DNA of 64,000 bases from an uncultured cyanobacterium (GCA_963718615.1 OY970368.1:5760001-5824000); one strand, 5' to 3'; counted from the first letter of the stretch, positions 1 through 10,596 are shown. Notes: generated from the sequence alone by a model not told the origin. Translations and numbers: made by a program.

Positions 1-1239
1 ACGGTGATGCCCAGGGCCGGGGCCGGGGGGGGCGATGAGATGATGGGCCAGGCTCCTCTGCGCAATGGCCATCGCCAGACCAGTCCGCCGGTGTATTTGA
101 CGACTCACTCGGGGGGACGGGAGGGCAGTGAGGCTTGGCGCGATCGCGCCTTACCGGCTCTGACCCGCCCCGAGCAAACCTTGGCTGATCTGGTGCGGCA
201 AGCGTTTGATCGGGATTACTCGGATGTCCATTTGGGGGTGGGCCGTGTGCCTCACTTCCGCGCCAATGGCCGCATCATTACGACGGAATATCGCCCAACC
301 GATGAGGCTACGTTCTATAGCTGGTTGCGGGAAATTCTGAGCGAAACCCAAATTTTTGAATTTTTGGATACCCTCGACTATGACGGTGCGGCTCAGTATG
401 ACTTTGTACGGGTTCGGATCAATCTGTTTATGTCGATTAAGGGGCCGTCGATGGTGCTCCGGCTGATTCCCATGGAGCCCCCCTTGCTGGCGCGGCTAGG
501 ATTCCCCCAGATTTTTTATGATATTTGCCATTATCCCCAGGGTTTGGTTTTGGTGACGGGACCGACGGGATGTGGTAAATCGACGACGCTAGCGGCATTG
601 GTCAACGAAATTAACAACACGCTGCCCCGCCACGTGGTGACCATTGAAGACCCGATTGAATTTGTCCATCGTGAAGATCGACTGTCGATTATTAGCCAGC
701 GGGAAGTAGGCATTCATACGAAGCAGTTTGACCGGGCGCTCAAGGCGGCGTTGCGGGAGGATCCGGATGTGATTCTGATTGGGGAAATGCGCGATCGCGA
801 GACCGTCAGCACAGCCCTCAAGGCGGCTCAAACGGGACACTTGGTATTTGGCACATTGCACACCAACAGCGCCGTCAAAACCCTAGAGCGGATTATGGAT
901 TTGTTTGAGCCCGATGAGCGCGAATCGATGCGGGCGGAAATGGCGGAGGCTCTCGCTGCCATTATTGCCCAGGCGTTGGTTCCGACGACGGATGGTAAAC
1001 GGACGGCGGTGACGGAAATTCTCATCAACACCGATACGGTGAAGGATTTTATTCGTCGGGATGAGGTGGATGAAATTGAAGCGCAGCTCCGGGATGGCTC
1101 CTACTATGGCATGACGACCCGCAATCAGGCGATTTTCAAGCTGTACGAACAGGGATTGATCACGGAAGAAACTGCGTTGGAAACCTCGCTGCGGCGGGGC
1201 GAAATGGCGATTTTGCTGCGGGGTGGCCACGCTGTTTAG
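1..1239 (+). CDS. pilT: Type IV pilus retraction ATPase, PilT/PilU family (cyanobacterial PilT2-like, with N-terminal extension; probably starts upstream of the window)
   Basis: Walker A GPTGCGKST, TIEDPIE, ALREDPDVILIGEMRD, TGHLVFGTLH. The frame is open from base 1. Confidence 0.9.
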   Translation, partial: TVMPRAGAGGGDEMMGQAPLRNGHRQTSPPVYLTTHSGGREGSEAWRDRALPALTRPEQTLADLVRQAFDRDYSDVHLGVGRVPHFRANGRIITTEYRPTDEATFYSWLREILSETQIFEFLDTLDYDGAAQYDFVRVRINLFMSIKGPSMVLRLIPMEPPLLARLGFPQIFYDICHYPQGLVLVTGPTGCGKSTTLAALVNEINNTLPRHVVTIEDPIEFVHREDRLSIISQREVGIHTKQFDRALKAALREDPDVILIGEMRDRETVSTALKAAQTGHLVFGTLHTNSAVKTLERIMDLFEPDERESMRAEMAEALAAIIAQALVPTTDGKRTAVTEILINTDTVKDFIRRDEVDEIEAQLRDGSYYGMTTRNQAIFKLYEQGLITEETALETSLRRGEMAILLRGGHAV

Positions 1240-1280
1240 TACGGTGCCATTGTAATATTGCATATTCAACTGATGGGAGG

Positions 1281-1341
1281 CCAAGGCATTGGGTTTCGTG
1301 CCTCAACTCAACCTACGCAGGTTATTCAATTCACGCTCCTA
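1281..1341 (-). repeat. Dispersed REP/MITE-like element end (GTAGGTTGAGTTGAGGCACGAAACCCAA on minus strand)
   Basis: 54/61 identical to 26127-26187 by manual alignment. Confidence 0.75.
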
Positions 1342-1345
1342 ATTG

Positions 1346-1390
1346 TCAGGTCATGGGTCAGCTCAGGTCATGGGTCAGCTCAGGTCATGG
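1346..1390. repeat. Tandem repeat, 17 bp x ~2.6 (TCAGGTCATGGGTCAGC)
   Basis: Read directly from sequence. Confidence 0.95.
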
Positions 1391-1532
1391 TGAGTTGAAG
1401 TAATTACCTTTGTGAAGCAATAAACGATATTGCAGCCAAGGCTGATGAATCTTCCTCTGGACATCCTTCGTCCGGCTTGATGGATGTTCTCCATTGCCGT
1501 TGATCTGGCCCACTGATTCAAGGCCGTTTCCC

Positions 1533-2375
1533 ATGAAGAAAATTGCTTTCGTTGCGATCGCCATGGCCATCGGCCTACTCAACACGGCCTGTTCCAGTCG
1601 TTCTACTGTTTCCACTCCAGCCCAGCCTACGCCAGTTGCAAATGCAGCGCCGGTTAATACAGCACCGGTTAATGCAGCACCCGTTGGAGAAGGGGCGATC
1701 GCTGCTCCAGTACAAGCCGTTCCAGTACAAGCCGTTCCAGTGCAAGCCGTTCCAGCCCCGGTGGCTTTTGTGGCTCCGGTGCAAGCTGCTGCGGCTCCGG
1801 TGGCTGCTTCCCCAGCCGCTCCAATGATGACCCATGAAAATTCCTACTTTGTCAAAACGAATGATGGTAGTCCGCTGAATGTTCGGGCAAGCAATTCTGC
1901 CCAGTCCCGTGTGATTGGTTCGATTCCCCAGGGAACTCAGGTGCTGATGCATCTGAGCGATCGCGACGGTAGCTGGTTCGAGGTTTCCGCAGCGGGCAAT
2001 ATCCGGGGTTGGGTTTCCGCAGCTTATCTGGTAGACCCTCAGGGCCAGCGCGCCTGGACAGGTCCAGCCCCCCAGACCGTTGCCGCTCAGCCTGCCCCCT
2101 CTCCCGTTCAAGAACCTGGAGATGATCCCTTTGCACAGGCAGCGTTTAATCGCGCCCACGCGCCCGGTGCTTCAGGACCTCAGTATCGGGTCCAAACCAT
2201 GGATGGAGATCCGCTCAACATGCGGGTCAGTCCTCAGTTAGGAACCCAGGTCGTTCGGGCGCTCCCTAATGGAACTACAGTGACTTATCTTGATACGGTG
2301 GGCCAATGGACCCAGGTCATGAGCCCGGATGGCTCGGTGGGGTATGTTGCCAGCGACTACCTGGTCCAGCGATAA
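1533..2375 (+). CDS. Lipoprotein with Pro/Ala/Val-rich linker and two bacterial SH3 (SH3b) domains
   Basis: MKK-hydrophobic-TAC lipobox; two domains with the pattern (DG.P)LN(V/M)R...W..V...G(W/Y)V...YL. Confidence 0.85.
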   Translation: MKKIAFVAIAMAIGLLNTACSSRSTVSTPAQPTPVANAAPVNTAPVNAAPVGEGAIAAPVQAVPVQAVPVQAVPAPVAFVAPVQAAAAPVAASPAAPMMTHENSYFVKTNDGSPLNVRASNSAQSRVIGSIPQGTQVLMHLSDRDGSWFEVSAAGNIRGWVSAAYLVDPQGQRAWTGPAPQTVAAQPAPSPVQEPGDDPFAQAAFNRAHAPGASGPQYRVQTMDGDPLNMRVSPQLGTQVVRALPNGTTVTYLDTVGQWTQVMSPDGSVGYVASDYLVQR

Positions 2376-2395
2376 AGTCAGGATACAGGCAATAA

Positions 2396-2431
2396 AATTC
2401 ACCCCAGAGTTCATCCCAGAATTCACCCCAG
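2396..2431. repeat. Tandem repeat, 12 bp x3 (AATTCACCCCAG) between convergent genes
   Basis: Read directly. Confidence 0.9.
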
Positions 2432-2438
2432 AAAATCA

Positions 2439-4130
2439 CTAGCCCTCAGCCAACAATCGGGATCGGCACAGATAACGCTTATAGCGATACCCCGGCACTT
2501 TGCCGCGATAGACCGGCTCTCCAGCACAACCGATCGCCCCAAAGTCCAGATTGGCTGCCCAGTTGACTAACCACAGGTCAAAGGGCTGGGGCATCGTCAC
2601 CAAAGCCCTTTGAAAAACCGCCGTCGTCAAATTGCTCACGGGCTCACGCTGGGCCAAAAGAAACCGAGGCTCCGGCTCCGGCGGATGCCCAGGATTCCGC
2701 TGCCATTCATAGGCCAAACTCATTATCTCCCCGGTTTGCTCATGGGTTTTATAGACCGTCGCGATCAGCAGCGGTGGCATGGGGCTGGTTTGACGATATT
2801 GGGCCTGAATGTCCTGAACCACTAGGTCCGATCGATCCGGTTTGCCATAGGCCAGCCCCTGGGCGATCGCCCCACTCCCCACCAATCCCAAAACCAACAC
2901 AATCGACAAGACCCGTTGCCGTTGCCCAGCTTTCAGGGAATCAAGGGCGATCGCCAACCCCAACCCCACCACCGGCAGCAAACTAAACAAATACCGTGCC
3001 CCCAGCGTCAGATCCCGCTGGAATCCATAGGTCGCAATCAGGATCCACCCCAGCTCCGCCCCTAACAACGTTACTAATCCCCACAAAACCGAGCGATGAA
3101 CCGTTCTTTGCTGAGTGGGCAACTGAGTGGGTCGCTGAGTGGGTCGCTGAGTGCGCACCAGTTGCCACCCGGCCCACCCCAGAAGTCCGAATAGGACTAG
3201 ACTTGAGGCGATCGCCATCCCCACCGACCCCTCCACCAGGGGCATGGCTACCATCGTCACCAGCCACGCCATCAGTCGGCCTATCGGCGCAAGCTGTTCG
3301 ACCAGAGACAAATCCTGCTTATGGACCCAATCCGTGAGGCGATCGCCCGGAATCTGGGCCAATACCACCAGCCAGGGCAACGTCAACAGCAACGTTCCCG
3401 CCGCCGCAAGATAAATCGCTCGCCCTAAACGAATCCGCTGGAACAGCCCAGCCCCAGCCAACACCGTCGCCTCCGCCAACAGCAGCAGGCCCACAAAAAA
3501 ATGGGTCGCGAATCCTAAGCCATTGGCGATCGCCCAAACCATCCCTAGCCCAACCGCTTGGCCCGAATTCTTGCCCCCCTCCGTCCGAATGAACCGCAAA
3601 AAACAAGCCAGCGATCCCATGCCCAAGAGCATCGCCAACGTATAGTGCCGCGCATCCTGGGCCAAATAGACCCCAAAGGGAGACACCGCCATCAGTGCCG
3701 CCGCTGTCTGGGCAATCCAGCGGGACCGGGTCGTGGCCCAAGCCAGGCCATAGGCCACCGGAATCGTCAAGACGCCAAACAGGACACTGAGCGATCGCGC
3801 CACCCCCAAATCAATCAACGTCCCCGATCGCTGCCAGAGATTAATCCAGAAATGAGACAGGACAAAATAAAGCGGCGGATGGGTACTCTCGGTCATCAAA
3901 TGCCGAATCCCATCCGCCCAGCTAGCCCCGTCCCGGTGGGCTGGGGCCAAGAGCTGATCGATCGTGAGGAGTTGGTCGAGGGCGATCGCTCGAAAGCTAT
4001 GACCCAAACTAAACACAATCGTGGCCCACTCATCGCCCCAGGCGGGCTTGGCATCCAAATGGAAAAACCGTAGGCCCAAACCAATGAGGATCCAGGCGAG
4101 CAGGATCCCGTTGAGGGGGGGCGATCGCAT
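2439..4130 (-). CDS. Membrane glycosyltransferase, GT-C fold (GT39/ArnT-PMT-like)
   Basis: W.DE motif after TM1, HPPLYF, AR.Y motif, many TM helices. Confidence 0.8.
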   Translation of the reverse strand: MRSPPLNGILLAWILIGLGLRFFHLDAKPAWGDEWATIVFSLGHSFRAIALDQLLTIDQLLAPAHRDGASWADGIRHLMTESTHPPLYFVLSHFWINLWQRSGTLIDLGVARSLSVLFGVLTIPVAYGLAWATTRSRWIAQTAAALMAVSPFGVYLAQDARHYTLAMLLGMGSLACFLRFIRTEGGKNSGQAVGLGMVWAIANGLGFATHFFVGLLLLAEATVLAGAGLFQRIRLGRAIYLAAAGTLLLTLPWLVVLAQIPGDRLTDWVHKQDLSLVEQLAPIGRLMAWLVTMVAMPLVEGSVGMAIASSLVLFGLLGWAGWQLVRTQRPTQRPTQLPTQQRTVHRSVLWGLVTLLGAELGWILIATYGFQRDLTLGARYLFSLLPVVGLGLAIALDSLKAGQRQRVLSIVLVLGLVGSGAIAQGLAYGKPDRSDLVVQDIQAQYRQTSPMPPLLIATVYKTHEQTGEIMSLAYEWQRNPGHPPEPEPRFLLAQREPVSNLTTAVFQRALVTMPQPFDLWLVNWAANLDFGAIGCAGEPVYRGKVPGYRYKRYLCRSRLLAEG

Positions 4131-4135
4131 ACTCA

Positions 4136-4169
4136 AAGCGTCCTACTACAGCAAGCGTCCTACTACAGC
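4136..4169. repeat. Tandem duplication, 17 bp x2, spanning the GH57 stop codon
   Basis: AAGCGTCCTACTACAGC twice; the stop is at 4163-4165. Confidence 0.95.
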
Positions 4170-5746
4170 GGACGATAGACCCGATAGTTAATATTCGGGA
4201 AGATATTGTCGATCAGCTCAACCTTCTCCAGCCAGCCGGAATCGAGTTTGCCGATCAAAATATCGTCGTAGATCTTGTTGAACCGCTGCACATGGGAGCG
4301 AGTCCGACGCACCGCGTAGGGCACCATCGTTCCCGTTCGCATAATAAACGCCCAGTCCGACGACTGCGCCAGTAACAGCTCCCGCGCCGCCTGATTCAGC
4401 GCCCGCCATTCCAGCTCATCCACCGGCTCCCGCTTGCTCAGCTCGATCATCCGCTCCGCCGCTTTGTGCAGGTGCGGGTAAACCCAGGAATTGGTTTCAT
4501 TCAGCCAATATTCGTGGAAGCCCTTGTAGCCCCAGCTCGACTGGGAAGGCCGCGCCACCTGCTGGGTGGGCTCCTTCTGCAAATACTCCGCCAGGTGCGT
4601 CATTTCAAACGTCCCTTGGTCGTACCAGGACTTGCGGAAGAAGTAGTCGATAAACCAGGGACCCTCATACCACCAGTGGCCAAACAGCTCGGCGTCGTAG
4701 GGCGAAACCACCAGGGGAGGCCGCTGCATCACATAGTTGAGGTGCTCCACCTGGCGTTGGCGGTTGTGCATGAAATCACCGGCATGGTCTGCCGCCTTTT
4801 CCTTCGCCCAGTAGGGGTCATACAGGGCTTTCTCGCCGCCATCTTTGCTGGTGATTTTGTGATATTTAATTCCTGTGTTCTTGCGCTGCCCATTGGGCAT
4901 GATGTAGGGCTTGATGTACTCGTATTCCGCGTCCCAGCCCAAGTCTTTATAGAACTCGCGGTATTCCGGGGCACCGGGATAGCCCACCTTCGAGGACCAA
5001 ACCTGCTGGGAAGACTCATGATCTCGCCCAAAGGCTGCCACACCGGCTTCCGTAAAGATGGGGGCGTAGGAGCCAAACCGAGGACGGGGCTTGGCATAGA
5101 GAATGCCATGGCCATCCGTGAGGAAATATCGCAGCCCTGCGTCCGCCAGCATCCGCTCAACGCCGTTGTAATAGGCGCATTCCGGTAGCCAAATGCCCTT
5201 GGGGGGGCGACCAAAGTTTTCCTCATAGCTCTCGCAGGCCACCTGCACCTGCGCCCAGACGGCCTGGGGATACATTTGCATCAGCGGCAGATAGCCGTGG
5301 GTGGCTCCGCAGGTGATGATTTCCAGGTTGCCGCTGTCGAGGAATTGTTTGAAGGCTTTGATAAGGTCGCGATCGTACCGCTCCCAGGTCTTTTTAACTT
5401 CTGTGAATTCCTTGACGTAGTACTCGGCCAAATACTTGATGTGGCCGTTGAACTCGTTATGGACAACCTCCTTCTCAGCCAGCTCAAGCAACTGCCCCAA
5501 GTGATGGTCGAAGCGATCCTGGAGCAGCTCATCCCGAAGCATGGACACCAAGGGCGGCGTCATGCTCATGGTGATTTTGAAGTCAATCCCGTCCCGCTTT
5601 AAGCCTTCAAAGACATGTAAGAGCGGGATATAGGTTTCAATAATTGCTTCGTGCAGCCATTCTTCCTCTAGGACATAGTCACTTTCTGGATGGCGAACAA
5701 AGGGTAAGTGCGCGTGAAGAACAAGGGCAACGTAGCCTAGACTCAT
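4163..5746 (-). CDS. Glycoside hydrolase family 57 (branching-enzyme type, DUF1957)
   Basis: HAHLPFV, GIWLPECAY, PYDAELFGHWW, AQSSDWAF motifs. Confidence 0.92.
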   Translation of the reverse strand: MSLGYVALVLHAHLPFVRHPESDYVLEEEWLHEAIIETYIPLLHVFEGLKRDGIDFKITMSMTPPLVSMLRDELLQDRFDHHLGQLLELAEKEVVHNEFNGHIKYLAEYYVKEFTEVKKTWERYDRDLIKAFKQFLDSGNLEIITCGATHGYLPLMQMYPQAVWAQVQVACESYEENFGRPPKGIWLPECAYYNGVERMLADAGLRYFLTDGHGILYAKPRPRFGSYAPIFTEAGVAAFGRDHESSQQVWSSKVGYPGAPEYREFYKDLGWDAEYEYIKPYIMPNGQRKNTGIKYHKITSKDGGEKALYDPYWAKEKAADHAGDFMHNRQRQVEHLNYVMQRPPLVVSPYDAELFGHWWYEGPWFIDYFFRKSWYDQGTFEMTHLAEYLQKEPTQQVARPSQSSWGYKGFHEYWLNETNSWVYPHLHKAAERMIELSKREPVDELEWRALNQAARELLLAQSSDWAFIMRTGTMVPYAVRRTRSHVQRFNKIYDDILIGKLDSGWLEKVELIDNIFPNINYRVYRPL

Positions 5747-6025
5747 AAGATTCCCACCTGCGGCACAGCGTCTGATAGCTCAAAACCGAATTTTCTCTCG
5801 ATCTCAGCCTCAACTAAAGCTGTTTGGAGCCAGACAGCGCCTTGGAAAGGCACTCGGCTTTCGGATAACTACAGTTGCGATGATCCCGAGTGAGTTTCAA
5901 GCATTGTAAAGCAAAAAAACCGGGCTTTCCTCATGATCCTGGCTCAGGCAAGGGGGTAAAACTGTCCGTGGAGATCAAAACCTACCTTCGGGAGAGAGTC
6001 CCCTTCACGAGAATCTTGGCTTAAG

Positions 6026-6168
6026 TCTATTGCGTGTTTCTATTGCGTGTTTCCAAAAAATTGCAGACACAACTTTTCTGAGTCTGTTGATTGACGGGTC
6101 TGGGTCAAGCAGGCGAGGGATTCTGCTGGTTTCTGTGCCAGTTTTTTGCCAGTTTTTTGCCAGTTTTT
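6026..6168. repeat. Two tandem repeats upstream of the PatA-like gene: 13 bp x2 (6026-6053) and 11 bp x3 (6136-6168)
   Basis: TCTATTGCGTGTT x2; TGCCAGTTTTT x3. Confidence 0.9.
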
Positions 6169-6362
6169 GGGCAAGATCTGGGGAAAGGTTCTTGGGGAAG
6201 GCGTTGGCGATCGCCCCCGTCTGGGCACAATCAAGAGGTGATTTCGCAGCAAAAAGTTGTCCAAAAGTTTGTATTCAAACCTTTGATTCTACTTCTTTTT
6301 TACGCCGTTTTGGCCTGCGATCCGGAACAAATTTTCCAACCCGTTTGCGATCGACAGACACC

Positions 6363-7604
6363 ATGGCAGCAGCATTTGGCCAAGCATCTTCCCCAGCGCC
6401 AGCCTCTTCCCGAGAGCGAGAAGGGTATTCCGTGAATGCTCTGGCGGCTAAGATTCAGAAAAGAATTCAGGAGCAGGTGAATGGCCAACTGGTCCTCCAG
6501 GCCGCCGACGGGACAACTTGGAACCTTTACTTTCGGGTGGGTCGCTTGTTTTGGGCGAGTGGCGGTAAGCATGCCTGCCGCCGCTGGCGACGACTGCTCA
6601 GGCAATATGGTCGGCTCAATGCAGAAACCTTGCAGATTCGCGATCGCGAAAAATCCCCCGTTCCGGAGCACCGGCTGTTAAATATTCTGATCAAGCGACA
6701 AAAAATCAGCCGCCAGGATGCCAGCACTCTGATTGAGCAAAATATTCTGGACATTCTGTTTGATATTTTGCAGGCTTCGACCCAGATCCGGCAAATTTCC
6801 GCTGTGGGGGATGCCTTGGCTACTCAGGAGGAGCCCATCGCTATCCTTAGTACCGCTGAGCTGGTGCGCCAAGCCCAGGAATTACTCAAAGGATGGTTCA
6901 ATCTGGGGCTCATGGTCTACTCGCCAGACTTGGCCCCCCGCATTCTCGATCCGGAGGCCCTTAAAACCCAGGTTTCCCCGAAGCTAGCCCAGGCGTTAAG
7001 CGGTTTAGCCACGGGTAAAGCATCGATTCGGGAGCTGGCCATCATCACCCGCCAGACCCCCCTGGCTCTAGGCAATTTATTGGGTCCTCCAGCTCAGAAA
7101 AATTTGCTGGAATTTATTGAAATTCCGGATATTCCCAATCCCTACAACAAAAATAAGGCGATCGCAGAAAACGACTCGGGGAGCGCCAGGGCGGTTAAGC
7201 TCCTCAAGGATGCTCCGACGATCCTTTGTGTCGACGACAGTGCCCAAATCGCCTACATCCTGGAGCAAATTTTGCAGCCTGCGGGCTATCGGTTTGTCAG
7301 CGTTCAGGAGTCCGTGGAAGCGCTCTCGGCTATTTTGAAGCACAAGCCCGATTTAATTTTCCTGGATTTATTGATGCCCCTGGTCTACGGCAACGAAATT
7401 TGCACCCAGCTACGGCGGGCTCCCAGCTTTCGCGATACGCCAGTGATCATGCTGTCTAGTAATGCGCGCATGCTCGATCGCATCCAGGCCAAGGGAGCGG
7501 GGGCCACGGATTTTATGGCCAAGCCTTTGGAGCCTGCCAAGGTTTTGACGATGGTGCGTCGCTATTTGGGAGAACTGCCTGCCTTGTCTGCGGAGATGGC
7601 ATAA
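6363..7604 (+). CDS. PatA-family response regulator (PATAN/DUF4388 plus C-terminal receiver)
   Basis: W.LYF..GRL.WA.GG.H..RRW.R N-domain; receiver CVDDS...PDLIFLD...KP. Start placed at ATG 6363 rather than TTG 6030. Confidence 0.88.
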   Translation: MAAAFGQASSPAPASSREREGYSVNALAAKIQKRIQEQVNGQLVLQAADGTTWNLYFRVGRLFWASGGKHACRRWRRLLRQYGRLNAETLQIRDREKSPVPEHRLLNILIKRQKISRQDASTLIEQNILDILFDILQASTQIRQISAVGDALATQEEPIAILSTAELVRQAQELLKGWFNLGLMVYSPDLAPRILDPEALKTQVSPKLAQALSGLATGKASIRELAIITRQTPLALGNLLGPPAQKNLLEFIEIPDIPNPYNKNKAIAENDSGSARAVKLLKDAPTILCVDDSAQIAYILEQILQPAGYRFVSVQESVEALSAILKHKPDLIFLDLLMPLVYGNEICTQLRRAPSFRDTPVIMLSSNARMLDRIQAKGAGATDFMAKPLEPAKVLTMVRRYLGELPALSAEMA

Positions 7605-7607
7605 CTT

Positions 7608-7652
7608 AACGGGGGACTAGAAACGGGGGGACTAGAAACGGGGGGACTAGAA
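7608..7652. repeat. Tandem repeat, 15 bp x3 (AAACGGGGGGACTAG), spanning the stop of the 7647-7991 gene
   Basis: Read directly. Confidence 0.95.
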
Positions 7653-7991
7653 GCGAGACACTTTGGTAGCCAGCCACTTGGTGATGAGCTGGGGGCAATT
7701 TTTTTTAAACCAGCGCCAGGCGATGATGCGGAAGACGGGTTTGGACGTACGGGCGATCGCCTTCGCCAGCCGATTGGCCATGGGCCAATGCACTTTGCGA
7801 TTGGCAAGATTTACGGAACCCACATCGTAGAGACAATCGATAATCAGCTTAATCGTTATTTCTTCTTGCAGGAAAAGGTTTTCCAGCAAAATGCTGACAT
7901 CTCGCATCCGTTCCTGCTCGCGCTTAATCTCCTCAGGAGTTTTGGTGATTTCCGCCGTTCGCTGGGCGTTCACCTGAATCGCATTCGTCAT
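7647..7991 (-). CDS. Conserved cyanobacterial hypothetical protein
   Basis: LL.NLF..EE.T.KLIIDCLYDVGSVNL...W.KKNCP.LI..WL pattern, recalled from cyanobacterial hypotheticals. Confidence 0.75.
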   Translation of the reverse strand: MTNAIQVNAQRTAEITKTPEEIKREQERMRDVSILLENLFLQEEITIKLIIDCLYDVGSVNLANRKVHWPMANRLAKAIARTSKPVFRIIAWRWFKKNCPQLITKWLATKVSRF

Positions 7992-8252
7992 CGAAGATCT
8001 CTAGATGGCTCTCCCTATTATGGCGGACGCTTACTGGGGATCATGTTCTTTGGGGGTGTTTTTCCATCGATTCACGGACTCTTTACAAGGGACGATCTCT
8101 TTTCTCACGAAGGGGACCTTGGAAGAATTCCCGAGCCGCTATACTACCTAGTATTGATATGCAGTAGGTTGTCGTTGAGGGGCTTCGGCTCCTCAACTTT
8201 TATTTTTTGGGTATTTTTGTAGATATGTTGTAGATATTTTTTAGGGAAGGAC

Positions 8253-8513
8253 ATGGAAGCGCCGTCCATTGCCGTCACGGTCAAGTTGTTTGCGGCCTAT
8301 CAAGAGGTTTGTGGGGTGTCTGAGCTGCAATTGCAGGTGCAGCAGGGGGAGCCTGTGGGGGGAGTTCGCGATCGCCTCCTGGCCCAACATCCCGAGCTCG
8401 AACGCTGGCGCGAGGTCACCCGATTTGGGGTTAATCTTGAATTTGTCGACCCTGCCACACCCCTCCAAGACGGGGATGAAGTCGTGTTGATCCCGCCGGT
8501 CAGTGGTGGTTAG
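8253..8513 (+). CDS. moaD: MoaD/ThiS sulfur carrier protein
   Basis: VKLFA start and L.DGDEV.LIPPVSGG C-terminus. Confidence 0.9.
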   Translation: MEAPSIAVTVKLFAAYQEVCGVSELQLQVQQGEPVGGVRDRLLAQHPELERWREVTRFGVNLEFVDPATPLQDGDEVVLIPPVSGG

Positions 8514-8538
8514 CGTATCCATTCCCAATAAAACCTCT

Positions 8539-10596
8539 ATGAATCAGCTCACACCAGGGATCGATTTCGACACAGCCCTGTGTCAGAATCTGGCCGAGGC
8601 GGAAGCGCGGGAATGGTTGGTGACGAATGGCATTGGAGGCTATGCCTGCGGAACGGTGGCGGGGCTGTTGACGCGGCGGTATCACGGGTTACTGGTGGCG
8701 GCCCTGCGGCCTCCGGTGGAGCGATCGCTCCTCCTAACCAAACTCGAAGAAACCGCAGGCTACAACCAAAGGATTTATGAGCTCAGTACGAACCGCTGGG
8801 CCAGTGGCGCAATTCATCCTCAAGGCTATTTGCACCTAGAACGGTTCCATTTAGAAGGCACAATCCCTGTGTGGACCTACCGCCTTGCCGACGCCCAGCT
8901 CGAAAAGCGGGTGTGGATGGAGCAGGGCAAAAACACGACCCATGTGGCCTATCGGCTGGTTCAGGCCCGTCAGGCGCTTCAGCTCACGCTCAAAGCTCTA
9001 GTGAACTATCGGGATCACCATCACAACACAGAGCAACGGTTCGGAGCGCAAAATTGGCCGTTTGAGACCACTCTGCTGGATTCAGGGGTACGCGTGACGG
9101 CCTTCGAGGGGGCGGTGCCACTTTATGTGCGAGGGGCGGGAACTGTGCGGGGGGCGGGGACTGAGGTATCCGGCGTGCAGGTGTCGCTGGCGCGGGATTG
9201 GTATTTGGATTATGCGTTGGCGGTGGAGGGCGATCGCGGCCTCAATCCCCACGAAGACCACTACCACGCTGCAACGTTCCAACATTGGCTGCAGCCGGGA
9301 GAGACGTTCATCGTCGTCGCCAGTACCGAAGTCAAAGCGGCACCGGAGGCCGAGGCACTCCTGCGACAGCAGCGCCATGACGAAGGGTTACTCCAGCATT
9401 GGTTGACGGTTGAACCGGAAACTCCGGCTTGGGTGGCGCAGTTGGTCTTGGCCTCAGAGCAATTTTTGGTCAACCGACAACTTTCGGCAGACTGGCCCGG
9501 CGAACCTTGGATCGGGAAAAGCGTGATCGCGGGCTATCCCTGGTTTAGTGACTGGGGCCGGGACACGATGATTAGCCTACCGGGACTGACGCTGACGACC
9601 CATCGCCCGGAACTGGCGCGACCGATTTTGCGGACCTTTGCCCGCTATGTGGACCAGGGGATGCTGCCCAATGTCTTTCCCGATGGAGGCACGCCGCCCG
9701 CCTACAACACCGTCGATGCGACACTTTGGTATTTTGAGGCGATTCGCGCCTACCATGCCAAAACCCAAGAGGTCGGCCTGATTGAAGACTTGTTTCCGGT
9801 TCTGGCGGAGATTATCGACTGGCACCAGCGAGGCACCCGCCATCAGATTCACTTGGATAGCGATGGCTTACTTTATGCCGGAGAAGCGGGGGTTCAGCTC
9901 ACCTGGATGGATGCGAAGGTCGATGACTGGGTGGTGACCCCTCGAATGGGTAAGCCTGTAGAGATTAATGCCCTTTGGTACAACGCCCTGTGGATCATGG
10001 TGAAATTCGCTCAGTTGCTGGGTAAACCTAGGACTGTCTATCGGGAGTTGGCGATCGCCACCCAGCAAAACTTCCAACGCTTCTGGAGCAATGATTTAGG
10101 CCATTGCTACGACGTCCTAGACGGACCCGAGGGTGATGACGCGTCGCTGCGACCCAATCAACTGTTTGCGATTGCTTTACCCCTAGGCTTGCGCCATCGG
10201 CGACCGTTGCTGAGTGGGGTGCAGGAGCAGGCGATCGTGGAGGTTTGTCAGCGGCAGTTGTTGACGGGGTATGGGTTGCGATCCCTAGCCCCCAGCCATC
10301 CGGATTATCAGGGTCATTATGGGGGAGGATTGCGCGATCGCGACGGAGCCTATCACCAGGGAACCGTCTGGGGTTGGCTGATGGGGCCGTTTGTCCAGGC
10401 TCATCTCAAGGTCTATCAAGATAAGGCAGCAGCAAGGCGATTTTTAGAGCCGTTGGCTGTGCATCTGATGACGGGCTGTGTGGGACAACTCAGCGAAATT
10501 TTTGAGGGGGATGCCCCCCATGCTCCCAAGGGAGCCTTTGCACAAGCCTGGACCGTGGCGGAGGTCCTGCGGGCCTGGGCGTTGACTCGCGGTTAG
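8539..10596 (+). CDS. Amylo-alpha-1,6-glucosidase (glycogen debranching enzyme, GDE_N + GDE_C)
   Basis: REWLVTNGIGGYA, IAGYPWFSDWGRDT, TWMDAK, YHQGTVW, AQAWTVAE. Confidence 0.92.
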   Translation: MNQLTPGIDFDTALCQNLAEAEAREWLVTNGIGGYACGTVAGLLTRRYHGLLVAALRPPVERSLLLTKLEETAGYNQRIYELSTNRWASGAIHPQGYLHLERFHLEGTIPVWTYRLADAQLEKRVWMEQGKNTTHVAYRLVQARQALQLTLKALVNYRDHHHNTEQRFGAQNWPFETTLLDSGVRVTAFEGAVPLYVRGAGTVRGAGTEVSGVQVSLARDWYLDYALAVEGDRGLNPHEDHYHAATFQHWLQPGETFIVVASTEVKAAPEAEALLRQQRHDEGLLQHWLTVEPETPAWVAQLVLASEQFLVNRQLSADWPGEPWIGKSVIAGYPWFSDWGRDTMISLPGLTLTTHRPELARPILRTFARYVDQGMLPNVFPDGGTPPAYNTVDATLWYFEAIRAYHAKTQEVGLIEDLFPVLAEIIDWHQRGTRHQIHLDSDGLLYAGEAGVQLTWMDAKVDDWVVTPRMGKPVEINALWYNALWIMVKFAQLLGKPRTVYRELAIATQQNFQRFWSNDLGHCYDVLDGPEGDDASLRPNQLFAIALPLGLRHRRPLLSGVQEQAIVEVCQRQLLTGYGLRSLAPSHPDYQGHYGGGLRDRDGAYHQGTVWGWLMGPFVQAHLKVYQDKAAARRFLEPLAVHLMTGCVGQLSEIFEGDAPHAPKGAFAQAWTVAEVLRAWALTRG

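Noticed and set aside
6030-6362. Long N-terminal extensions in the ORF track (PatA-like 6030, channel 53397, GT-C 30176, SirB1 55937, HlyB 43936)
   Set aside because: They start at alternative codons, run through repeats or neighbouring genes and lack family similarity; downstream ATGs were chosen.
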